A stretch of DNA of 64,000 nt from Andalucia godoyi And28 (lineage: Eukaryota > Protista > Jakobida). The stretch lies in contig VRVR01000008.1 in assembly GCA_009859145.1 (NCBI GenBank), positions 195,494-259,493 on the forward strand, read 5' to 3'. Within the stretch, counting starts at the first letter, position 1. Each line of letters begins with the position of its first letter. The notes beneath the pieces are model-generated. The model was not told the DNA's origin and made no database searches. It saw only the letters and a list, made by a program, of their open reading frames with translations. Shown piece by piece: positions 28,601 to 40,000 of this stretch. The position numbers were made by a program, and so were the translations under genes.

Positions 28601-31600
28601 TGCTTCAGATCACGGTTCTCTTCTTCCAATGTCGTCTCCACTGAAATCAACTCTTCTTCTGCAGTTCTGAGCGCTTCCGTCGTCTTCTCGAGTTTCATGG
28701 AAGAGAACTTCGCTTCATCTCGCAAAAATTCACATTCCCTGCGGAGCCGCACCTCAGATACTTTGGATTGGGAAAGATGGTCAGACACTTCGACAACCTT
28801 CCGGATAACATCTCGTGTGTCGGTTTTGGCGCTTAAAATCAATTGCAGTTCAGAGAGCGCATTGTACTTCACCGCCCATTCTTCGCATCGAGTGCGGGCT
28901 TCGTGCAGTTCCACTTTCAGCTTATCAAGATTCTCCACATTCTGTCCGTTTTCCAATTTCAACTCATCGTTTCGTCGATGCACGCTCTCCAACTCTATCC
29001 ACCATCTCTGAGAACGTATCGCAGGAGTCTGACCAGGTCGATTGAAAGACCCCGACCTACGAGAAGTTGAACTTGCAAGAGAAGACGCCGAAGAAGGAAC
29101 AAGAAACGCATCACGAAGATCCTGCTCGGCTCGCAGTCGCAAACGCCGCTCATCTCGTAAAGACTGCCGAACACGGAACAACTCGGCACTTTTCTCAGAG
29201 AGCAACTGGAGCAAACGACGCAACGAGGACGCTTGTTGCTGATTTTCAAGAGAAGCACTCTCGAGCTGTCTTGCATTGTCAATCTCAAGTTTCCGAAGCT
29301 GAATTATTTGCAGTTGCAATTTGCCGAGGATTGCTGACGATTCATCCCCAGACTTCGAAGTCTGCTGCAGCTGTCTTACGGTATCATTAAGAGCAACGAT
29401 TTCGATGTCGTACTGCGCACGAAGAGAGTCCAACTGGACAGACATCTGGGCACTCAACTGGGCTAGGTGTTTGTATGTGGCATTCTCTGACGACAGTTCC
29501 AGGATTTTCTTCTCAAGAAGTTCCGTTTTTCTTAAAAGCGCTGCACTTTCCTCTGCCGACAAGCATCCGTTCAACTTTTTCTCCAGCAGGGCCTCTCGTT
29601 CGGCAGTTTCCCGATGCTGCTGAGAGAGTCGAACAATTTGCGATTGCAGCTCCTGACACCTTCGGTCGCCAGCAACAACTTCTTCTCTAGATCGGCTCAA
29701 TCTTTCTTCCACAATTCTCACGTTTTCCTGTTGCTGAGCAAGCTGAACCTGCAAAGCCGTAACAACGGCAATCTGTTGGGGGCCGGAAGCACCAGCAGCA
29801 GCAGCGGCATTGGTGGAAACGCTGGACATCTTCTCCATTGACTGCATGTACCTATCTGCACGTTCTTTCTCTGCGCGAAGCTGCACTCGCAAATCTTCAG
29901 CCTCTTTTTCGGATTTCTTCACGATCAGCACTAAATCATCAATTCGCACTTTCGCATCAAGAAGTTCCGCTTCCTGAGCAGCGGATGTGGCTTGCGATCG
30001 CATCAAGTAGTCTCTTTCAATTCGACATTCTTCGTATTGCAATCTTGGAACACTGCTCTCGATCTGCTTTTCCATTACGACTCCGCGCGCTTCAGTGCTG
30101 TGGAATATTTCCTCCAAAAACACGATTCTCTCTTTCATTTTTCCTTGCTGCTCGGTAAACTTGTGCTTCAGCGAGAGCAACTCCCTTGTCAAGCTCTGGA
30201 ACGATTCGTTCATGTGCACGAACCGCTTCGACATGACGTTTTCGTTGACTTTTAGCAGCGTGATTTTTCGAGACATCTCAGCTATTTTTCGAGTCGTCTC
30301 ATCGGGATTCTTCGACGCATCTTCCAGAAGCACGCACATGTTCTCAAACTCAGAGCTCTTCACTTTGGCAGCCTCAAGAGCCAGCTGCAACTCAAAAATC
30401 TCTCCGGACATCGACTGGAGTCTTTCATCCGTGAGATTCGTAAGATCGCTTATCGCCTGGTCCTTCATGTGAATCAGCTTCTGTAGCCTGGACACCTCGG
30501 ATTCGTATTCTTCGACCTTGGTATGAACGGAAAACAACTCACGTTGCACATCATCAGCCAAAGAGTACTTCTCCCTGTTCTTCAGCGCGGAGAGCTCACG
30601 CGCGGCCGACACCGCAGATTCGACAGCAATTGCAACACCACCGGACTCTATGTTGGAAACAGAACGGCGAAGCTCATGGTTATCCTGCGAGAGCCTTTCC
30701 AGTTGAGCATTCGTCCTGTCTAACATTATCTTCAGTTCGCGGAATTCGTCTTCATTGTGAGATGCCGAAAGATCGGGCAATGAACCATCTCCAGAGCGGG
30801 CGTCTGACATTCGATTCTGCAATGGGGTTCCAGACACGGAGCTTCTGTCCGTCTGATAAGCTGAAACCTTTCTGCTAGACCGAGATTCCGATTTCAGTTC
30901 AGAGACCTTATCAAGAATCGTTCGAAGATTTCGATTTTCCTCTTCCAACTTCGTGATGCGGGACTGGTACTCAACGTCAATATCACGACTGACAACATCC
31001 GGAGGCTGTGATTCTTGCCGGCGAGAAGAAGACTTTGCAAGAACAGCAAGCTGGTTCATTTCTGATTCAACCAACTTCTCATGATCTCGAACAGACATTT
31101 CGTTGGCCTTCTTCAAAAACCCACGAATCCCACTGAGATTACCGTCTCGCATCGCATCTGCCAGATTGTCTAGCAACATAATTTGGTCGCCAGAGAGACC
31201 CAGTTTGACGGCGCGGGACCCAGACTCCCACGCTCGATCTCGTGCGACCGATTTCCAATGCAAAAGCTCTTCATTTGTTCGTTCGATCTCATGCTCCAGT
31301 TGGGATTTTAGAGCCCGCAGTCTTTCAACTTCTATCTGATTTCGTGCTTTGAGCACTTCAGGCTTGAGATCGCTGTCAGGAACATTATACTTGACACGCA
31401 GAACGTGCAATTGCTCGGCGAATTCCTCCAAATCGACTTCCCGAAGATTAAGTTGGGTAGTCAGTTGCGAGATGTCCCGATCGCGGAACACCATCTGACG
31501 TTCTAATTCTCGTATCTCTTCTTGAGCTTCGGTCATGCCATAAATTCCTTTCTCGAACCGGGTCAACTTCTGATTGAGATTTGTCAACCGTTCATCTTTC

Positions 31601-33122
31601 TCTGCTAATTCTTTGTTCAGTCGGTCAATTCTCTTCCTTTCAATCTCAAGATCAACTTTCAGATGAGCAGCCTCTTTCTGGAATTCGGATTGTGCAGCCA
31701 ACGACAAAGACGGTTTTCTTCTCGGGCTCTCGCGTTTGGTGCCGGATCTCTCCATAGTCATCGATGAATTCGGAGAGAGAGACGACGTGCGGATTTGTGC
31801 GTACGCCTGTTCAAGCTCGGCATTCTTCTCGGCCAGCACTCGATCCAGTTGCTCTAATCGAGTGTCGACTTTTGCAGAATGAGACCGTGCATCCTCTTCT
31901 TTAAACCGCACCAATTCCTCACGAAGCTTCGATATCAAGTCCTCTTTTTCCTTCAACTCTTTCTCGTGCATGTCAACGATGGTATGAGCCTCACTGGAGT
32001 ACTGGTCCACTGCTAAGACCAGCTTTTGCTCAGCAGTCTGCAACCTCTTTTCTAGCGACATTGTGCTTTGGATTAACGCAGCTTTGTCCGCTTCAAGATC
32101 CTCAATGCGCTTTTCTGCATCTTGAGCCAACAGCTTCCGCTCCCTGACTTCTTCGGTCAGCCTATCAGCCCGCTCTTCGAAATCGATCAAAGACTGTTGC
32201 ATTGATCGTATTTGCGATTCCAGATCGTTCTTTGACGCTGACAACGCATTGATCTCCTTGAGATACTTGTCAATCTGCTTGTTCTTCAAAGCAAATTGTG
32301 ACTTGATATCCTGTGCTTTCTGCGCTTCCGAGTCGCGAAGGATCCTTATTTTCGCCTCTTGATCTCGAAAAGCAGCAAGCTCTTCTTTCAGGTCAGAACA
32401 CTGCTTGTCTAACTCCAACAGGTCGTGCTTTCGCTTTTCGCTCTGATCCTGGAACTCTCTGTTCGAATTCCTTAGTTGCATGATGGTGGCATCCTTTTCA
32501 GTGCATTCGGCTTCGAGCTTAGCTTTGGATTCCTTCAATTCTTCCAATGCTTGATGAAAATTAGCGTTTCCCTCGTAGTTATCATGCGCCTCTCGCAATC
32601 GAGTAAGTTCTGTTTTCATTGCCGCGACCTCAGAAGTAAGATCTTTGTTCTCCTCTAACTGGCCCTCGAGGTCGAGTGATTTCAACCTAACAGAAAAACA
32701 ACATTAGTTGCGACACAGAAAAATGGACGATAATTAAGCCCGGTGGAAAATAACATACTCTGCTACAAGTTGCGAGACTCGGAACAACTGGATCAGATTC
32801 TCTTTTGTCACCAGATGGGAAGCAGGATCCACATAAGACGATACGATGGGCAGATACAAGTCATCCAGCTCGTCAACGACGCCCTCACCCTGTAAAAACA
32901 AACATGAAACACGTTAATTAGAAGCTCACAATTCACATGTCGCGTATTACACATCATGTGCCACACACTTCACATATCATTCTTGAAGACGAAGCGAATA
33001 TAAAAGCACCATACTCTCAAAAATCGATCCACATCGACGTCAAGGATCCTTTTCCAGTTAAGCCGATTGTCTTTTCGTGTAAACGTGTAATCTACACCTC
33101 CTTCACCTTCTTCGTCGGCCAT
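25678..33122 (-). CDS. CEP290: Centrosomal/transition-zone protein CEP290; exons 33122-33015, 32889-32759, 32686-25678
   Basis: Two GT-AG introns (33014-32890 and 32758-32687) join in frame. N-terminal NWKRILDVDVD and ENLIQLFRVSQ match the CEP290 N-terminus. FEKGIYGMTEA and RIRWEEEKKVQK blocks lie in a coiled coil of about 2400 aa. Confidence 0.88.
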
Positions 33123-33511
33123 GATCTTCAGTCACTTACAATTTCGTTATGATCCTCTTTTTTTTTCTCTCTTTTTTTTTTTTTTATTTAATATATATAT
33201 AAATATATATAAACAGCTACTTCGGTGACGAAACAGGAACGAACGGTGGGATCATTTTGTTCGGCGGGATTTGATTCAGCATCAACTGATTCTACTGAGG
33301 AGAAAAAACGATAAAAAGCAAAGAAAGTCGAAATCGAAACGCCCCCGTCTCCACAGTCCGCGCGCACAACTGCGGTCTTTCTTTGCATCTTTTCATTGGG
33401 ATGTTGCTGTTGTTGTTCTTTGCTTGTTCCTTTGTTTGTTCTTTTGTTTGGATTTGATTTCTTCAAAAAAACCGGCGTTTTCATCAAGGCCTTGCCTGTA
33501 ACGTGTCGTAG

Positions 33512-34042
33512 ATGTTGTTTCTGCGAATTCTGCTAGTGCTCAGTGTTTTTGTTTTCTTCAAAACTGGGGTTTGCAGTGGATTGAGTATTCCATCAAACTC
33601 GACAGGCCTCAACGACTGGCTGAATGTGGTTGATTCTTCATTAGATGCAGGACAAACCAAGAATTATCATACGTCTGTTGAAAGCGGTGACTTTGCGTTT
33701 ACGGTTTCTCTTAGGGGCAGTTCGGTTGTCCGACTATCCGTCTTTGGTCCTGACAGTACTGCTTTGTATTCTGAAGTTCTCGGGTCGACAGAAGTGCTGT
33801 TCTGGTCTCGCGAAGAGGAAACTCTGTCTGACTCTCGTGTGCAGACCGGAAAATATTTGATTGTAGTACAGAACACAGCGGCGACGACGACTGCCTCTTT
33901 TTCGCTGAGAGTCCAAAAATTTGGACGGTGGCGATCGTTGACGGTTGCGTTGTGCTCTGCTCTGGGTCCACTGGTGCTGATCTTTCTTTGTGGATGCATG
34001 TGTTATCCCAGGAGATTTATGAATCGAAAACCTTCGGTTTGA
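33512..34042 (+). CDS. Small type I membrane protein (signal peptide, beta-rich domain, C-terminal TM)
   Basis: 176-aa ORF with hydrophobic N-terminus and a C-terminal TM followed by a Cys/basic tail. Confidence 0.7.
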   Translation: MLFLRILLVLSVFVFFKTGVCSGLSIPSNSTGLNDWLNVVDSSLDAGQTKNYHTSVESGDFAFTVSLRGSSVVRLSVFGPDSTALYSEVLGSTEVLFWSREEETLSDSRVQTGKYLIVVQNTAATTTASFSLRVQKFGRWRSLTVALCSALGPLVLIFLCGCMCYPRRFMNRKPSV

Positions 34043-34061
34043 TTTGCGCCTGTCGTTTTTA

Positions 34062-37000
34062 TTATGACAAGCAATGCTCGATGCATGCACGTGCGAAGCC
34101 TTCTGCAATATATTCCACGAACATTTTGTCGGTTTCAGTGAATGGAAAATGCTGATGCCCTACTCGCGCACGCTTATAAATACCTGGCTTGATGTTGCTG
34201 GACACCAGAGAAGGAGAATCGGAAAAATTTGTGGCAAAAAACACATTAGACTGTGTTGGGTGGCGAATGATGCAAACAGACACATCGTCGAAAACAGTTA
34301 TAAACCCTCCAAATTCGTTGGTCACACTTTTTAGAAGCGAGTGGGTGACACTCGTGTCCATAAGTTGGGTAAGCGACTCGTCGATGGATTCAAGGGCAGT
34401 CCTTTCTGCCTTTGTGCAAAGCATCATTAGCCCATCAATTCCCAAAGAACCTGCGGATAATGCCTCCCATAAACCATCTAAAACCCGATGTTCCTCTGCA
34501 ATCGAAATGGCTTCTGCAAACTGAACTTGCAAATTGTTTTCAATCGTTCGAACTGTCGCACGTAGCAGAGCTTCCGCTTTCTCCGGTGCTATATCTACCT
34601 GTGGAGTGTACTCTTTGATCGATGCGACCACCAGAATCAGCAAATCCAAATGAAGAAGAGAATTCGTAGCCATGGGCTCTCCAGCGCCCTTGCTTTCCGC
34701 TGGTTCGGAACAACTGGCGACGACAGCACACGAGTCTTGGACAAACAACAAGCAATCCCCAACACTCTGAAGACCGTAACGATCCGAATTCTCCAACAGA
34801 TACGAAAAGAACTCTTGGCCGCCAGTCTGTCCTTTCAACGGCATAGATATTCGTGTCGTTGTGATGCCGTTGCGGGCATAGCGTGGGACAATTCCAGAAT
34901 AGAAATCGAGCATTCGGCGAAGGCAATCCACACAATCAAAAAGCGGTAGAGCAGGATCGGGACGGAGGAGCTGTTCTTCAAAAAGACGGACTTGGAAATC
35001 ATACGCGAACGATCGCAAGTGCAATGCTCTTATTAGCCGGCTCAGCTTGTCAGAGAAGTCGGTTGCACTTGGAGAAATTGACGAAATCGGATGTCTGACG
35101 AAAACATTGACGAAAATGTCGGAAGCACGAAACCCCAGCTCAATGAAGCAGCATCCTTGGTCTGGGAACACTTGATAAAAGTACGCAGCGTTCGGAATCA
35201 GAGATACTGAAACAAGGCCAACGGGGCTCCGCAAACTGATGCACGTCGATCCTTGGTATGCGTCCGGATGGCCGAAATAGTGTGGAGAGCTGCAGACAAA
35301 CGGAGAAAACCCGAGATGCTGTTGTATGTACGCCGAATATCGGGCGATAAATCGATCCAAAACGTTTCTGTGGAGTAAAACAGTCCTTCGCACACGCAAG
35401 TACTCATCTTCATCGAAATGAATTCCGACGAATTTATCCAAGCGCTCTTCATCCAAGTGCACCACGCGAGTGCCAGAGGCCACGCGTCCTTGTGTGAACA
35501 ATGGAGAACGAAAGCATGCAGTTGGCACAGACTGTTGCAAGCCGAACCGAAGCAATTCCCAATCGGAAGATAACGAACTTTTTTGCATACGAGACTCCAT
35601 GGATTCCATTCCTGAAAATAATAACTGCAACTGACGGATGTGATGCTCGTTGCCCCCTTCAATCGCACTCGGAGAGCAAAACCTTCCATCAAGCACTTCG
35701 AATATAGACCTATTCATTTGACTTATCTGATCCGGGCTGATTGCCAAAGAAAACCCCGGGTTCATGACTCGTGCAACAGACGGGGGTGTGGCCGACTGCC
35801 ACAGCAGTAGTGATTGACCGACAGAAAAACTTGCATCAGAAGAAGACATGCATGATATGACATTTCGCGTGCTGGAATGTTTCTTCAATCCTATCTTTGC
35901 ATGGACAACAGAATGAATAACATGAGATCGACAAACCGACCAAACAGAAATAGAACACAGAGAGTGCCAGAAAGAATCGAAAAGCGATGCTGAGCAATGA
36001 AACCCGTGCAATTCAATTGCACTGGGACGAAGACACACAAACAGGAATCCAGATTGCTGATGTCGCTTTGATTCCATGACTTCAAAAACCAAGAAACGAC
36101 AATCTGCAGCAGGATCGCAGATTTCGTCCAAGTTCGAAAGATGCCGCGCGACCGTTGCGAGACAGCGAAAGCGAAATCCGAGCGATGATGCAAATTGACA
36201 GACATTGACACAGCAGCCAGCCATGCTCGACGGTGGCAAAAATGAATCCATCTTCGAAAACGAAACCGTACTGCACTGTACATCAACAGCAAAATCGAGG
36301 ACGTACTTCAGTTTCATGAAATGGTCGTGAGACAAAGTATCAGAATCGAATGATTCGACGAAGCGCCGAATCACCGCTCTGATAAGAGCATGTTGGACGA
36401 CTACGAGTAAGGACACAAGGATACCTTTGTGATCAAAGTCCCCGGCAGAGAGAACGTCAGCACGAAGAATTCGGGAATCATTTGGGAACCCCGCATAGGA
36501 ATCAACGAAACGCGCCATATGCAGCTTTCGAAGATCTGCAAATTCCAAAACCTCCTTGAAATCGAAATCCGTTGTTTGTGAATCGAGCTTGCTAGGATAG
36601 ACCACTTCGTTTCCCGTCGAAACACAGGGATGTATGTAAATCAGAGCAAGACCCTTGGAAGAAGGCATGGGGATTTTTGCAGGAATGGCGGATGAACGAT
36701 AAGACGGTTGATCAACACCATTCAAGAGAAAGGTGAAATCTTGAAAAACAAACGGAACGCCATTCACATAGTAACTATCGACAACAGGAATGCAAAGCAA
36801 ATCAGCCCCGTTATACCCATTAATCGGCTGGAACGACCGAGATAACAGCTCCTGTCTCAAAATTGAAAAGAAATCCTGCAGAGGATGAAGGAACTGAGGA
36901 AGCAACACGAATGACGTCGAGTCCTTTCGAGAAGGATGGTTTCGCAGAAAATCGAGATCGTTTTGTTGCATTTTCAAGTTGGGATTTCGAGCAATTAGAG

Positions 37001-40000
37001 TAGACAAACTCGATAGAGCCATGCTTGCGATCTTGCTCACCACAAGATCGTGAAGTTTGTATGTGATGTCTGTGGACGGAGGATCAATACCAAAAACCAA
37101 AAGCAGAAGACTGGAATCAGACTCCGCCAGTGAATTGTCTCTGCGAAACTTTGTAGAATCATGGGCCTTCGACAAACAAAGACGCATGTAGAAGATATGG
37201 CCAAAAGAATCTCTGTATACAAAAAGATTCTTGCGATTGGAAACAGAAAATGCAAGGAATATCGAAGAAATGAGATTCTGGACAGCTAACTGAGAAAAAG
37301 ACAAACGAAATGGCACAACGAACGACAGAGAATGCACAAGCGGGCAACGAAACATTCCAGGGTGATGAGATGGCGGAACAGCAAAGAAAGTTTGGATCGC
37401 TTGCTCGCTTGCAATGTCGTCGTCATAGAAGGATCGGTCAACGGAGAATGCATCTTCATCATCAGAAACGATATCGAATTTGCTGGGAGGAAGGAGTAAA
37501 TCCGAGCAAAGGCGAGAGTCATGCAACTGTGACAGCAAGATCAGCTGGTTCGAGCGATGATTCAAGGATCCAATCCAGTAACAAATGTTATCCAACAGTT
37601 CCGAAACCAAAACGTGCCCAGGAGAGATCCGAGGATGGAATATTGAAATACGAACAGTGCTGAAATGAACTTGGATAAAGCACCAGAAAGAGCTAAAATC
37701 TGAAGAAGCATCTGCAGCTGAAAATATTGAGGAGCTGCGGGAAACGTCCCCGTGATTCTTGACGTCCATGACCACATAAACTTCGTCGACTTTCACCAAC
37801 GTCAGCATGTCAAACTTCTCCAACTCTTCGAAAAACAGAGAGCGGCCCTCCGCTGCATCGACAAAAGTGAGAGGTTGATCCAACTCCACTTTCAATTCTG
37901 CGGGTAACGTGGAGAGAAAACTCCGCACCTGATCAAGTAAAGATCGCGTCAGCTGTTTTCGCAAAAGCAGTCCTGCAAGAACTTGGCGGGAAAATAGTGC
38001 GAATATTCGCTTTGACACCGAAGTCGTTGAAGTCGTCCATCCATCGCTCCATTGGGAGTTGTTATTATGTCGCGTAGCCTCCACATCAGAAGTCAAAAAC
38101 GAATGAAACGCTTGTTGCCTACATTCCAAAGAAGACGATGCATTCAGAAAGCATTTCAGTACTTCATCGAGAGTCCTGTAGACAGTAATCGCCTCGATCT
38201 GGAACCGGATACTACGATCTCCCGACAGAACATCCTGAAATGGGGAGAGCGGCATCCCTGGGAGCACAAGAATTTCCTTCAGCGGCTCCTCACCAGAAGC
38301 AAAGAGCGAGAATCTGAGAAAGTATGGGGATGTCAGCAACTCACTACTCGGCATTTCGGTCTCAATGCCAGCGGCATGAGGAACCCAAATCTGCGGACTG
38401 GTGGAGCATTGGAAAAAGAGAGAAGAAACCGCAGAGAACAGTTCACGCTCCGTTTCCGTATGTGACAAGGGGCTGTAAGCTCCTGCAGGATCCGAAAGAT
38501 TACTACATATCCTGAAATACTCTGATACGTCGAAAGACGTTGAAAAACTGGGCAAAGTCGAAATGACTCGATCAACGACATCGCTTGTAAGGCCAATCCC
38601 ATGTTGAAGAGCACGGCAGGCCACAAGAGACCGGAATGCTGTCACAAGTGAAGTCAAACGCGACAGAAAAGCATCTCGCAGGAGAATTTCTTCTGAAGAG
38701 AGATACTGTGTGGGATCGTGACAATGAAAAACAGACATTGTTCCTACTGTCTCAAAAGCATTATTCAAATTTTCTGCGCCGCTTGAAGACCGTAGATCTG
38801 CATCCACTGTCCAGACACCCTCAGTTGTGGAAAGAGAAATGCCCTGCAACACAACAGACGAAATCGCGGCTGATGGAAGACCGTGCGCTGCCACACTCAC
38901 AAACGGAACCACCAATATCAGAAAGTACGAGGAAGAAATGACCACAGCAAAACACTGGAATGCACCCCGGCCGCAAGCAGTAAACAACGAAGCTCGAGAC
39001 AAATTGATCCTATCTGCAGCAACAGCACTGAGGGTACGTCCGAATGGGGATGTAGAATGTTCAACTTGTGGGCACAGCAAAAAGACGTTGTCATCCTCGT
39101 CATCCGACGTCAAAATGCTGACATCGGCGCAGACCGAAAGCACCGAGGAGAGGAAAGCGACTATGGCATTGTTCAGCGCAACGCAGCACGCAGTAATATC
39201 TGCGTTCACAAGGGCATTATACGCGCCGCGAGTTACAACGGGAATGGACAACATCTCAAACCTCAATTCGGTCAAATTGTATGGAAGGCAAATTGTTTTC
39301 AGCGAAAATTCCAAACCCATCAACTTCGAGAATGCGAGACTCTGGTATCGAGAATGTCGTCCTGACGGCTCTTGTTGAGCCAGACGACTCTGTAACTTTG
39401 ATACGCTCTTCTTGAAAGACCCGTCAGCCGACTTGTCAATAACATACAGATAGCTGTAAAATGCTGTTAAAATATTCTGTAAAATAGACGAAAATTTGGA
39501 ACAAACGACGTCCCAGAGTACTTCTGTGGAACCACATTCAAAGCCAAGATTGAGCACCGCTGGGATTTCCCATTCCCCTGTAAAAGAGTCCATCCACAAA
39601 TCAATGCCGAACGATCCAGATTTTGAAAAATACACCGCCACGAACAGGAAAAGAAACCGATTATCTTCCTCGTGACCTTTGTTCGTTTGAAACTCAAAGA
39701 CGAAAACGCTAGAGTTGCGATCTTCAAACAGAAGATGCCCACCCCGGCTTGACAAGTACCCAACAAAAGTATCAAACAGAGTTTGCCACAATCCTGAGTG
39801 GCTTAGTGCCCACCGAAAATGGGCCTGCCTCATAATACTGGCCACACAAAGGGACCGGAGAGAGAACCAGGACGGAACAGCGCGAGCAACGTTTCCCGGC
39901 CGAGAGTGAACAGCAATCGAAGTCTGGCGATCGACTCTGTTTTTGTTCATTGCTCGCAACACCAACGAAATCCTCGGGTGGTGTATAATCGTGAAACGAA

